64,000 bases of DNA from contig CAZBJP010000001.1 in the NCBI GenBank assembly GCA_964492205.1, forward strand, positions 31,781 through 95,780, given 5' to 3'. The translations under genes and the position numbers were made by a program. Positions 21,223 to 31,076 of the stretch are shown here, one piece after another. Positions within the stretch are counted from its first letter, which is position 1. Each line of letters starts with the position of its first letter. The notes beneath the pieces are model-generated. The model saw nothing but the letters and a program-made list of their open reading frames with translations, was not told the DNA's origin and ran no database searches. This DNA is from an uncultured Sediminibacterium sp. Lineage in GTDB: Bacteria > Bacteroidota > Bacteroidia > Chitinophagales > Chitinophagaceae.

Positions 21223-21564
21223 TTATAACTCTTCTATGCGCTTTGCTTTGTCGTCAATCACTAAATCGAAATTGGGTTTCACAGCGCCACCATTAGGACA
21301 ATAGCCAGTAATTAAATCATTGAATTTACAGCCCCATTTAGTCAATTGTTCCAATGTCAAGGGTCTTAAATCTCTTTTTGAACTTTCGCCTCTTCCTGTC
21401 CAATACGTAATATGCCAGCCTTCTTCATACAATTTATTGATCTTAGTAATATTTTCAAAATTAGGCTCAGCCAATTCATATACTCGCTTATCAGAATAGA
21501 AACAAATAGTTTCGTCGATATCAATTAATGCTTTTTTAGAACCGAATCTTTTTGACTCTATCAT
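21223..21564 (-). CDS. Small capless HAD-family phosphatase (EcbF/BcbF-like)
   Basis: DIDET (DxDxT) motif I, WTGRG motif II, KP..DLVIDDK motifs III/IV. Confidence 0.8.
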   Translation of the reverse strand: MIESKRFGSKKALIDIDETICFYSDKRVYELAEPNFENITKINKLYEEGWHITYWTGRGESSKRDLRPLTLEQLTKWGCKFNDLITGYCPNGGAVKPNFDLVIDDKAKRIEEL

Positions 21565-21653
21565 TGTATGTTTGTTTTAAAATAAATAATAAAGATAATA
21601 CTGCTTTAAATTTTATGTAGCTTGTTTGAGTAATTAAAAGTAGAAAAATATTT

Positions 21654-22928
21654 TTATAATCTAGCTGTTACAATTGATCGATCTAAAAACGCCTTCGTAT
21701 CATACACAACACTATCAGGATTTGTCTTCAAACTTGAAAAATCTAATACCTTAAAAAAATCATGTGCTACTGCAAGTAAAATTGCATCATACTGACTTAA
21801 TGATGTCACTAATTTCAATTGATGTTTTTGAAACACTTCCTCCGCATTGGCAAATGGATCAAAGGCTTCTACATTCGCTCCTTTCTCTTTTAAATAAGTA
21901 ATGATTTCAAACACTTTTGAATTTCTAATATCTGGACAATTTTCTTTAAAAGTGACGCCAAGTAGTAAAATCTTTGCTTTTTGAATTTTTTTTCCTGTCT
22001 GCTCGATTAAACGAATCAATTTATCACTCACAAATAAACTCATTTGATCATTGACATCTCGTCCTGATAAAATTACTTGTGGATGATAGCCTAATGCTTT
22101 TGCTTTATGCGCTAAATAATAGGGATCAACGCCAATACAATGGCCGCCTACTAGTCCTGGTTTGAAAGGCAAAAAATTCCACTTTGTACTTGCCGCTGCT
22201 AAAACCTCATGCGTGTCAATCTCCATCCGATCAAATATCAACGCTAATTCATTGACAAAAGAAATATTAATATCTCTTTGCGCATTTTCAATTGACTTTG
22301 CCGCTTCTGCTACTTTAATAGATGGTGCACAATAGGTTCCAGCTGTAATGATACTTGAATACAATTGATCTATATATAAAGCAATTTCGGGCGTAGAACC
22401 TGATGTAATTTTTTTAATTTTAGTCAAAGTATTGACTTGATCACCCGGATTGATTCTTTCTGGTGAATAGCCGCAATAAAAATCAACATTAAAAGTTAAT
22501 CCCGATATTTTTTCAAGTAATGGAACACAATCCTCTTCTGTACAACCTGGATACACCGTACTCTCATAAATAACAATATCTCCTTTTTTCAAAAAGCTGG
22601 CAATATCTGTTGTAGCTTTTAATAAAGGTGCTAAATCAGGGGTTTTATCAGCATGCACAGGTGTAGGCACCGTAATAACATAAATTGTAGCTGCTGCAAT
22701 TGCTGCTATGTCATTTGTTAATGTCAATTGATTATGCTGGATAAGTTCCTCAGCTGTAGTTTGCATTGTTATATCGGTTCCCATTTTGAGCGCCTCCACC
22801 CTTGATGGGTCTAAATCATATCCAATTACTGTGTGCCGCTTTGAAAATGCCAAAGCCAAGGGTAAGCCCACATATCCTAATCCGATGATGGCAATAATGG
22901 GTTGATTGGATGGAGTCAATTGATGCAT
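21654..22928 (-). CDS. UDP-N-acetylhexosamine 6-dehydrogenase (TviB/WbpO-like)
   Basis: GLGYVGLPLA, YESTVYPG, YSPERINPGD, GGHCIGVDPYYL, TFKENCPDIRNSK. Confidence 0.95.
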   Translation of the reverse strand: MHQLTPSNQPIIAIIGLGYVGLPLALAFSKRHTVIGYDLDPSRVEALKMGTDITMQTTAEELIQHNQLTLTNDIAAIAAATIYVITVPTPVHADKTPDLAPLLKATTDIASFLKKGDIVIYESTVYPGCTEEDCVPLLEKISGLTFNVDFYCGYSPERINPGDQVNTLTKIKKITSGSTPEIALYIDQLYSSIITAGTYCAPSIKVAEAAKSIENAQRDINISFVNELALIFDRMEIDTHEVLAAASTKWNFLPFKPGLVGGHCIGVDPYYLAHKAKALGYHPQVILSGRDVNDQMSLFVSDKLIRLIEQTGKKIQKAKILLLGVTFKENCPDIRNSKVFEIITYLKEKGANVEAFDPFANAEEVFQKHQLKLVTSLSQYDAILLAVAHDFFKVLDFSSLKTNPDSVVYDTKAFLDRSIVTARL

Positions 22929-22952
22929 TTGTCGCCAAAGTTAATGGAGACC

Positions 22953-23849
22953 TTAATGATGTCCATATTTTTTTTCTCCTGCAGGAATAGCAATAGTTAA
23001 CCTATTTTGAGGTGGTGGTAAAGGGCAAGTAGCAAATTCAGTAAACGCACAAGGTGGATTATAAGACTTATTAAAATCAATATAGGTTTCCCCATTGGCG
23101 TCAGGCCTATCAAGTTCAATGAATCTTCCTGATCCATAAGTTGTTTTACCTGATGTGGCATCTGCAAAAGTCACAAATAATCTTTGTCCACCTTCATCAA
23201 TAGCATCCAATCGATAGGTTTTACCATCTATCTCAAATACTAATTGTCCACCGTGTTTTTGTGCTGTATTTTGGCCCAATACATTCATAATCATCAAAGG
23301 GTTTTGGTCTTGTGGAATCACTTTGGCTTTGATGCGCCATTTTGAATCTACTGGAAACCTTTCAATACCATTAAATTCAAGTAATGTTTTTGCCTTTAAG
23401 TTTCTAAAACGTACACCTACTTTGTCTTCTCTTTTAATCACTACCCAAACAAAATCCTTCCATTGGCTTGTGTATTCCCCTTCCTTGTTAGAAAGTAAAT
23501 TAAGGTTAGTGAAATCTACTTTAACTTCACCTGCAGTATTTTTAATTATCACTTTGTCTTTCGTATTGTTTTGCCAAAAAACCTGCTCTCCGTTGAAGAA
23601 AAAACTACCTAAATATGCCGGGAAATCAGGGTTATTATACACTAAATCATTGCTGGCATCAGCGCCAAATTTATTAACGCCCTTTTGCAACCAAAATAAA
23701 CCCTCTAAATTTAGCCACCCATCCGGCTTTTTTAAAGCTTCAATTCTTTCAATATGCCAGTTGTCAATTGCCGATAAATAAGCATTTGGCTGCCCAAAAC
23801 TAAGCATTGTGATGAACGTTAATATACATGCAGTAGCTATTTTTTTCAT
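22953..23849 (-). CDS. DUF1684 domain protein
   Basis: GWLNLEGLFWL, FADATSGKTTYGSGRF, DFNKSYNPPCAFTEFATCPLPPPQNRL. Confidence 0.93.
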   Translation of the reverse strand: MKKIATACILTFITMLSFGQPNAYLSAIDNWHIERIEALKKPDGWLNLEGLFWLQKGVNKFGADASNDLVYNNPDFPAYLGSFFFNGEQVFWQNNTKDKVIIKNTAGEVKVDFTNLNLLSNKEGEYTSQWKDFVWVVIKREDKVGVRFRNLKAKTLLEFNGIERFPVDSKWRIKAKVIPQDQNPLMIMNVLGQNTAQKHGGQLVFEIDGKTYRLDAIDEGGQRLFVTFADATSGKTTYGSGRFIELDRPDANGETYIDFNKSYNPPCAFTEFATCPLPPPQNRLTIAIPAGEKKYGHH

Positions 23850-24020
23850 TGTTTAGTTTTATTATCATTTTTTCAATAAAGATTGGCTTTGTTGAAGCAA
23901 TTAAATTAGAATAGATTCTTAAAATTAGACAATTTTATTTGTCTATCAAATTAGTAGGAAGGTATTTTTTTGTTGCCTTCTCAATAGTTTAAGTAAATTT
24001 ACAAGGATTAATTTTAAATT

Positions 24021-25421
24021 ATGAAAAAGCTAGTATCTATCCTCTTTTGTGCTGTCCTTTTTTTTGGATGTAAAAAGGAAACTGTAACACCAACAGTAGC
24101 AACCACAACTCCAACACCAGTGAACCCAAATATAGCTGCAAACACTTGGATCTATGAAGCAATGAGTTACTACTATTTATGGAATACCCAAATGCCTACT
24201 TTAGCAAGTACAAATACCACTGCAAAGTCTACAGATTATTTTTATACTTTATTAAATGATTATGGTAAGACGGATCGTTTTTCCTGGATTGATGAAAGTT
24301 ATACTAATTTACAGAATCAATTAAATGGTATAAGTACTGTTTTAGGGATAAAAAACAATGCATTTTATACTGATGATTCAAAAGCAAGCCTCGCCTTTGT
24401 CTTAGCCTATGTTTTAAAAGGAAGTCCTGCTGAGAAGGCAGGTTTAAAAAGAGGTGATATTATATTAAAAGTAGATGATCAAACCATCACGCCTTCAAAT
24501 TATACGACCATTTTGTCCAATCAAACTTTGAAACTTGGTCTTGGTGAATTTACAAATGGGGCATTTGTTTCCAATGGTAAAACTGTAACGGTGACAAAAG
24601 TAGAATTACAAACTAATCCAATATTAGCGGATACCATTATAGAGTGGTCTGGCAGAAAAGTGGGCTACCTTGCCTATAGTCAATTCTTAAACAGTTTTGA
24701 TGATAGTATCAGGGCCATTTATGGTCGATTCAAAACTGCGGGTGTAAATGAATTAGTGCTTGATTTCAGGTACAATGGTGGTGGATATGTAGTTTCAGCT
24801 GACTTAATCACCAATTTAACGGTAAAAGACGCTGCTGCCAGAGTGGGGAAATTGATGAATAAAAAAGTCTACAACAATACTTACACTGAATATTTAAATA
24901 GAACCACCGGAGCTAGTGCGTTTGAAACCTTATTTAAATCAGAACCAAATAACCTAGGCACACTCAACAGAGTATTTGTACTAACTGCAGGTAATACCGC
25001 TTCTGCAAGTGAATTAGTGATCAATAATTTGAAGCCTTTTATGGAGGTCATTTTAATAGGAGAAAATACCTATGGGAAAAACGTAGGTTCTTTTACGCTA
25101 ACAGATCCAAATAAAAGATGGGATTTTGGACTTCAACCCATCACTTTTTTAACCAACAATGCAAATGGTGAATCTAATTATGGTACTGCTAGCGGCTTTA
25201 CCCCTAATTATTTAATAGCAGATAATATACTCCCTTACAAAACCTTAGGCAATCCTTTAGAAACTTATTTCAATAAAGCATTAAGTATTATTGGCGGCGT
25301 TGCATATAAATCTAGTTCAACTGAATTTGTACAGAAATATACCCGAACTTTGATGAGCAAGGAATCTTTTTCTGATAATAAATGGCTGGATAGAAAAGAA
25401 ATGTGGATGGACCCAAAATAA
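24021..25421 (+). CDS. S41 family peptidase lipoprotein with PDZ domain
   Basis: Lipobox FFGC; GSPAEKAGLKRGD; LDFRYNGGG; TASASE; TYGK. Confidence 0.93.
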   Translation: MKKLVSILFCAVLFFGCKKETVTPTVATTTPTPVNPNIAANTWIYEAMSYYYLWNTQMPTLASTNTTAKSTDYFYTLLNDYGKTDRFSWIDESYTNLQNQLNGISTVLGIKNNAFYTDDSKASLAFVLAYVLKGSPAEKAGLKRGDIILKVDDQTITPSNYTTILSNQTLKLGLGEFTNGAFVSNGKTVTVTKVELQTNPILADTIIEWSGRKVGYLAYSQFLNSFDDSIRAIYGRFKTAGVNELVLDFRYNGGGYVVSADLITNLTVKDAAARVGKLMNKKVYNNTYTEYLNRTTGASAFETLFKSEPNNLGTLNRVFVLTAGNTASASELVINNLKPFMEVILIGENTYGKNVGSFTLTDPNKRWDFGLQPITFLTNNANGESNYGTASGFTPNYLIADNILPYKTLGNPLETYFNKALSIIGGVAYKSSSTEFVQKYTRTLMSKESFSDNKWLDRKEMWMDPK

Positions 25422-25427
25422 TTATTT

Positions 25428-25922
25428 ATGAATTTAAAGATTCAAGTTTTTGTAACTGGTGGCACATTTGATAAAGAGTATAATGAATTGAATGGTAATC
25501 TTTATTTTAAAGATACCCACTTACATGAAATGCTTGACCTTGGCAGAAGCAGACTAGATTTATCTATTGAATCATTGATGATGAAGGATAGCTTAGATTT
25601 TGTAGAAGCTGATCGTGCGTTAATTGCTGCTGCATGTAATGCAACAAAAGCAGAAAGAATTTTGATCACGCATGGCACCGATACCATGACCACTACTGCA
25701 TTGTATTTACAAAAAACCTGTCCTAGTAAAACAATTGTACTAACTGGTGCAATGATCCCATATAAATTTGGCAGCTCCGACGGGCTATTTAATTTGGGTA
25801 GTGCACTTGCTTTCACTCAAATACTTTCTGCTGGCGTGTACATTGCCATGAATGGAAAATACTTTGAAGCAAACAAAGTCAGAAAAAATACAGAGAAGGG
25901 TGAGTTTGAATTAATTGATTAA
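25428..25922 (+). CDS. Short asparaginase-domain protein (N-terminal domain only)
   Basis: TGGTFDK, ITHGTDTM, VLTGAM; only 164 aa. Confidence 0.88.
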   Translation: MNLKIQVFVTGGTFDKEYNELNGNLYFKDTHLHEMLDLGRSRLDLSIESLMMKDSLDFVEADRALIAAACNATKAERILITHGTDTMTTTALYLQKTCPSKTIVLTGAMIPYKFGSSDGLFNLGSALAFTQILSAGVYIAMNGKYFEANKVRKNTEKGEFELID

Positions 25923-25946
25923 AATATTTGACTTAAAACTAAACAC

Positions 25947-26414
25947 TTACTTATACCTAGTATCAATTAAGTATTGAATTCTCCAACCCTCTTTTAATTT
26001 AACTAGTTGAAAACTATTCACTCCTTTATGTGAATATTGTCCTTTGTAATAAAAAGTGTAAGGTGTCCACACTGTTGCCATCAATGGCTCTATATTCACC
26101 GCGCCAAATTCAATTCTTTCGTCTAAGGCATTGGGCATTTGCTTGCCAATACTTTGAATAAACTCTTTTATTGATTCTGTTTTAACAACTACACCCTCTG
26201 GTTTATTTTGTATAGTTTGAAAAATGACACTTTCAGAGAAGCAATTTTTTAACAAAACTGTATCTGAATTTTTCATTGCAGTAAACATATTTTGTATGAC
26301 TTGTTTCACTTCTATTTCAACATCAGTTGGACTGGTAGTCATTGATGCTTGAGCTATCGACACAATAGGTAAACTGCAAAAAAAGAAAAGAAAATAAACG
26401 ATTGATTGACGCAT
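25947..26414 (-). CDS. NTF2-like (SnoaL / lumazine-binding-like) exported protein
   Basis: ATVWTPYTFY..G..SHKGVNSFQLVK..EGWRI. Confidence 0.82.
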   Translation of the reverse strand: MRQSIVYFLFFFCSLPIVSIAQASMTTSPTDVEIEVKQVIQNMFTAMKNSDTVLLKNCFSESVIFQTIQNKPEGVVVKTESIKEFIQSIGKQMPNALDERIEFGAVNIEPLMATVWTPYTFYYKGQYSHKGVNSFQLVKLKEGWRIQYLIDTRYK

Positions 26415-26515
26415 AGTTAAGAAGATTTGATACAAATGAATAACAGTAAATTTTTAAATCTGGCTTGTTATTACTAAATTGATTGTAATTTAAAACCAAT
26501 TTTCAATTTCGCACC

Positions 26516-26881
26516 ATGAAAACAACTAAAATAATTTATTGGGTAACAACAAGTATTATTTGTCTATTTGCTTCTACTGCTATTTTCATGAACTCTGAAA
26601 TGGCTATCGAAGGAACAAAACATTTAGGTATTCCTCGTTGGCTTGGACTCGAGGTAAGTATTGGACAACTTGTTGGACTTGTTTTATTAATAGTTCCTGC
26701 AGTGCCTGCTCGTTTTAAAGAATGGGCTTATGTTGGATTTGGCATTATGTATCTCACTGCAGCAGTAGCACATATAGCAGTTGGAGATCCACTCAACAAT
26801 ACAATCATGGCTGTTTTATTTTTTGGATTATTATTAGCTTCCTATATCAGTTTTCACAAATTATTGAGGCAAGGAAAGTAA
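26516..26881 (+). CDS. DoxX-like membrane protein
   Basis: IIYWVTT, HLGIP, RFKEWAYVGF. Confidence 0.88.
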   Translation: MKTTKIIYWVTTSIICLFASTAIFMNSEMAIEGTKHLGIPRWLGLEVSIGQLVGLVLLIVPAVPARFKEWAYVGFGIMYLTAAVAHIAVGDPLNNTIMAVLFFGLLLASYISFHKLLRQGK

Positions 26882-28069
26882 TACTAATTTTAAAAACCCA
26901 TCAATTGATTTATCATCCATCCACTTGATTACGGCAACTAAATCATGTTCTGGATCAACATAGATTGCATTAGTGCCATTCCCAATATGTGCATAAGCAG
27001 AAGCAGGTGCGGATGGATACATTTTTTGATCTGTATTTAAAAAATAGTTCATGAATCCATAACCTGTATTCACAGCCGTTGGCGTAGTCGCTTTTTTAAT
27101 CCAATCTTCTGATATAATTTGTTTACCATTCCAATTTCCTTTTCTTAAAGTAAGTAAACCAAACCTAGCCATGTCATAAGCATTAATAAATAAGCCTCCA
27201 CCAAAATGGCCGCCTCCACTTACCGATTGAACCATTTTGCCATCCAATATAATCCATGCGTTCTTATACCCAGTCCATGCCCAGGTGTTGGATGCACCAA
27301 TCGGTTGCATCACCTGCTCTCTTAACACTTCTGGCAAAGGTTTTCTCCAAACTGAGGTGGCTGCTAAAGCCAACGCATTCACCCTGGTATCGTTATATTT
27401 ATAGACTGTACCTGGTTCAAATCGCTTTCTTGTAGTCCACTCTTCTGATTTTTCAGAAGGACGGTCAGCCCAGTCTGGTTTACCCCATAATACTCCCTCC
27501 CAATCACTGGTTTGTCTTAATAAATGCTCCCATTTAATTTTTCTATTGTGATCAGTTTCAAATGGATAAATAAAAGAAGTTTTTACAATTGGATTTTGAT
27601 CTAAACTAGTAGCATCCTGTACTAATTCAATAGGGGGTAGATAAGTAAATACATGATCGTCAATAGAACGAATCAACCCCTTATCCACAGCCAAGCCAAT
27701 CACAGTAGATAACATACTCTTGGTGACACTATTCACCATTTCCACTGCATTAGGATTGCCCCATTCTGCAATAATATAACCTTTATAAATAAGCACCCCT
27801 GCAGCAGGACCACGACTAGTCATGGGTCCTATGGGATCCGAATAGGGTTCTTTCCCAAACTGCATCGCTTGTGTGAGCATTAAGTTTTTAGGAAATTTTG
27901 TTTCGTGACCTAGCGCATATTGAATCGCCTGTTGTATGAGCGTGGTATCTATCTTAAAAATAGTGGGTGATTTTCTTTCCCAGTTAACTGCACTAGGATA
28001 ATAGGACTTTACCTGCGCACTCAATGTAAAAGAAATAGAAAGTAGTATTATTAGGAATTGCTTCTTCAT
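26861..28069 (-). CDS. Serine hydrolase (beta-lactamase class C-like)
   Basis: SVTKS (SxxK), HLLRQTS, YKYND, DMARFG. Confidence 0.9.
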   Translation of the reverse strand: MKKQFLIILLSISFTLSAQVKSYYPSAVNWERKSPTIFKIDTTLIQQAIQYALGHETKFPKNLMLTQAMQFGKEPYSDPIGPMTSRGPAAGVLIYKGYIIAEWGNPNAVEMVNSVTKSMLSTVIGLAVDKGLIRSIDDHVFTYLPPIELVQDATSLDQNPIVKTSFIYPFETDHNRKIKWEHLLRQTSDWEGVLWGKPDWADRPSEKSEEWTTRKRFEPGTVYKYNDTRVNALALAATSVWRKPLPEVLREQVMQPIGASNTWAWTGYKNAWIILDGKMVQSVSGGGHFGGGLFINAYDMARFGLLTLRKGNWNGKQIISEDWIKKATTPTAVNTGYGFMNYFLNTDQKMYPSAPASAYAHIGNGTNAIYVDPEHDLVAVIKWMDDKSIDGFLKLVLLSLPQ

Positions 28070-28089
28070 AAAATTTGATTGCATGTTTA

Positions 28090-29379
28090 TTATTTTAATT
28101 GTGTGGTATCTACTCTGCTTGGTGTGTCTTTTCCTGCAACAATAGACTGCGCACTTAAAGCAATTGCTTTGATAATTTCATTCATATTGTCAAGATTCAA
28201 GGTTTCAATATGATCAGAAGCTTTGTGGTAATTGGGTTCTACATCCATTTTAGAAGTAGAAATTGTATGGGCTGCAACACCAAGTCTAGCAAGCGTTGCA
28301 TTGTCAGATCGATAAAATAAATTTTGCTCAGAATAAGGGTCGGGATAAAATTTAAAATTGGATCCATCTAAGTTTTTTTGTAAGATAGCACCCATATTTG
28401 TTTTCTCATAACCAGTAATATAAGCGCTGTTTTTTCCCCACTTACTTTCTGTGCCGATCATTTCAATATTAAACATAGCTACCACTTTTGATGGGTCTAA
28501 TTGCTTTGAAAAATATTGAGCACCATAGCCACCCACTTCTTCCGCAGTAAATGCTGCAAAAAGGATCGTTCTCTCGTTATTATTTAAGGCTTTATAATAC
28601 TTTGCGAGCATTATCATAGCGGTAGTTCCAGCTGCATCATCATTCGCACCATTGTATATAGAATCATTATTTATCATGTTTTTAGTATTGATTCCAAGAT
28701 GATCATAATGTCCAGAAAAAATTACTATTTCGTTTTTTAATGATTTGCCTGGTAGCATCGCCACTACATTCGCTAAGGGCATTTTTTCTACTTGATGTAT
28801 TGCTTGAATTACATATTTGCTTGGATTAGTATTTGTCAAGAAAAAAATAATATTTGATTGATTATCTGGCAAGTTGTTTTTAAATCTGATTAGCCTGCCA
28901 AAGTTTTGAACATGCGCTTCGTCTACTAAAACAATAGTTGGCTGATTAGCGCTAATAATTTTTGCAGCTGCCTGATTTAAATTTTCTGTGGCTGCGATTT
29001 TTGTAATTATATACCCTTCGCTAGAATTGATATTAAGTTCTGGCTGCAATGTTAATACTATTACTTGTCTTGTATCTATGCTAACGCCGTCTAAACTTGC
29101 AAAAAGACTTATAAACTTGGGCCGATTGATCGAGAATTTTTGTAAAAACTGGTCATCGCCCTGTAAAGACTTAAGGCCAGAACTTGCAAATTCATTAGCA
29201 ATAAATGCTGCTGCTTTATCAATGCCAGGACTAAAGGTTCTTCTTCCCTCCATAGCATCTGATGCCAACATTCGCTCTATTCTTTCAGTTTCAGATTTAC
29301 TAATAATTTTATCTATTAGCTGGCTTTTACCAACAAGCGGAAAAAACAAGACTAAACATACTATTTTAATTAGATTCAT
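28090..29379 (-). CDS. M28 family aminopeptidase
   Basis: SGHYDHLG, NGANDDAAG, FTAEEVG, RSDN, YHKASD. Confidence 0.93.
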   Translation of the reverse strand: MNLIKIVCLVLFFPLVGKSQLIDKIISKSETERIERMLASDAMEGRRTFSPGIDKAAAFIANEFASSGLKSLQGDDQFLQKFSINRPKFISLFASLDGVSIDTRQVIVLTLQPELNINSSEGYIITKIAATENLNQAAAKIISANQPTIVLVDEAHVQNFGRLIRFKNNLPDNQSNIIFFLTNTNPSKYVIQAIHQVEKMPLANVVAMLPGKSLKNEIVIFSGHYDHLGINTKNMINNDSIYNGANDDAAGTTAMIMLAKYYKALNNNERTILFAAFTAEEVGGYGAQYFSKQLDPSKVVAMFNIEMIGTESKWGKNSAYITGYEKTNMGAILQKNLDGSNFKFYPDPYSEQNLFYRSDNATLARLGVAAHTISTSKMDVEPNYHKASDHIETLNLDNMNEIIKAIALSAQSIVAGKDTPSRVDTTQLK

Positions 29380-29470
29380 TTTAAGGTTTTATGTATTGAT
29401 TTAAAGATAATTTCATTTTTGATACAAATGTAAAAAATGATTTGGTTGTGCGTTCATTTACTTAGGTGTA

Positions 29471-29499
29471 TTAAACCTTTTGATTTATTATTGGTCTAA
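29471..29499 (+). promoter_or_regulatory. ECF-type promoter TTAAAC-N17-GTCTAA upstream of the sigma gene
   Basis: Motif recurs with identical spacing before each of the three genes of the locus. Confidence 0.75.
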
Positions 29500-29510
29500 C
29501 TTCAAATCAT

Positions 29511-30050
29511 ATGACTGATCAAGCGCTCATTATACAATTTCAATCTGGCGACTCCAAGGAGCACGCATTTACACAGTTGTTGAAAAGACATCGCGAACCT
29601 ATATTTTTTCAGATAAAAAAAATGGTGATTGATCATGCAGATGCTGACGATATTGCACAGGCGGTCTGGATCAAGGTTTGGAATAAATTAGATGGCTTTA
29701 AGCAGGAAAGCGCATTTAGTACCTGGCTCTTTAGAGTGGCTTACAACGAAACATTAAATTTTATAGCACAGAAAAAGCGGATCCAAGGTCAAACAAAGCA
29801 AAATTATTTAAAGCAGGCAAATGAACATCCAATCACCCAAAATGGACTCAAAGAAACCGCTATCCAGATAAAACTGGAGCGCGCAATTATAGAATTACCT
29901 GAGAAACAACGCTTTGTATTTATGTTAAGGTATTATGAAGGCTTTGATTACGAAAAAATTGCAACTATAACAGGCACCACCGTTGGTGGTGCAAAAGCCA
30001 ATTATCATCAGGCAGTAAAAAAAATGACTGAAATAATCAAACAAGATTAA
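29511..30050 (+). CDS. ECF RNA polymerase sigma factor
   Basis: DADDIAQAVWIK, FSTWLFRVAYN, LPEKQRFVF...YEKIA..TG. Confidence 0.95.
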   Translation: MTDQALIIQFQSGDSKEHAFTQLLKRHREPIFFQIKKMVIDHADADDIAQAVWIKVWNKLDGFKQESAFSTWLFRVAYNETLNFIAQKKRIQGQTKQNYLKQANEHPITQNGLKETAIQIKLERAIIELPEKQRFVFMLRYYEGFDYEKIATITGTTVGGAKANYHQAVKKMTEIIKQD

Positions 30051-30075
30051 ACAATTGAACTTAAAAGATGTCTAA
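30047..30075 (+). promoter_or_regulatory. ECF-type promoter TTAAAC-N17-GTCTAA overlapping the sigma stop codon
   Basis: Second exact copy of the motif. Confidence 0.75.
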
Positions 30076-30083
30076 ATCATACT

Positions 30084-30488
30084 ATGGAAAACGAAACTAT
30101 TTCAAAAGAACTAGAAGCTGCTTTAAAAGGTTTTCAAGCAAAAAATAATCAGGTGCCTGAGGGTTATTTTGACCAATTTGAGCTGGAACTGTTGCATAAA
30201 ATTCAAACTGATGCAAATGCACCTAAACAAGCAAAGGTCTATTCTTTAATTGCAAAATCAAAAAAATACCTTGTTGCAGCAAGTTTAGTTATTGCCGTTG
30301 CTACCGGATACTTTTTTTACGATAATCTGAAAACAAATGAAATCACTCAGGATGAGTTTGTACAAATTGAAACACTGCCTGATTTAGTGATTGAAACTTA
30401 TATTAATAATAATGAGCTTGTAGCAGAGGTCGATTGGAATTCCGCAATTGAAACTGAAAGCGCTTCAATGCAGATAAATAATAATTAA
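30084..30488 (+). CDS. Putative single-pass anti-sigma factor
   Basis: VPEGYFDQF motif, one TM helix, directly downstream of the ECF sigma. Confidence 0.75.
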   Translation: MENETISKELEAALKGFQAKNNQVPEGYFDQFELELLHKIQTDANAPKQAKVYSLIAKSKKYLVAASLVIAVATGYFFYDNLKTNEITQDEFVQIETLPDLVIETYINNNELVAEVDWNSAIETESASMQINNN

Positions 30489-30522
30489 CTGCTAATTTTT
30501 TAAAAAATCATTTAGAGTTAGA

Positions 30523-30551
30523 TTAAACTTTCAAATTAAAACATAGTCCAA
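30523..30551 (+). promoter_or_regulatory. ECF-type promoter TTAAAC-N17-GTCCAA
   Basis: Third copy, one mismatch. Confidence 0.7.
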
Positions 30552-30568
30552 TTTCAAATTATAATTTT

Positions 30569-31003
30569 ATGAAAAAAATACTTTTTCTATTTAGTTTTCT
30601 TTTATTTTTTGTTTTTGCTCAAGCGCAACATAGACCAATGCATGGACAAGATAGAATGATGCCACCTCCAATGGAGCGTTTAAGTAAAGAACAAAGAGCA
30701 CAACTCGAATCCTTTAGAATTCAGTTCATCACTAAAAAGCTAGACCTAACACCTGCAGAAGCAGAAAAATTTTGGCCAGTGTACAATGAACAAAAAGAAA
30801 AAAGTCGAAAAGTCATGCAAGAAAAAATAGAGGACGAAATTGAGTTTCAAGAAGCTATGTTAGCGGTAAGAAAAAAGTTTAAGAAAGACTTGATGCCTAT
30901 CCTAAAATCAGAAGAAAGAGTGAATATGGCTTTAAAAGTAGATAGGGAGTTGTTAAATAAAATGCGTGATGAAATGATGCGCAGAAAAAGACCAATGCAA
31001 TAA
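30569..31003 (+). CDS. Periplasmic Spy/CpxP-like helical protein associated with the ECF locus
   Basis: Signal peptide; FITKKLDLTPAEAEKFWPVYN motif. Confidence 0.78.
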   Translation: MKKILFLFSFLLFFVFAQAQHRPMHGQDRMMPPPMERLSKEQRAQLESFRIQFITKKLDLTPAEAEKFWPVYNEQKEKSRKVMQEKIEDEIEFQEAMLAVRKKFKKDLMPILKSEERVNMALKVDRELLNKMRDEMMRRKRPMQ

Positions 31004-31021
31004 GGTTGAGTTGGTAGCATA

Positions 31022-31055
31022 AAAAAAGCACCGGCTGAGAGACTGGTGCTTTTTT
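31022..31055. terminator. Bidirectional intrinsic terminator
   Basis: AAAAAAGCACCGG...CTGGTGCTTTTTT between convergent genes. Confidence 0.82.
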
Positions 31056-31076
31056 AATATTCATTATAAACAAGAA

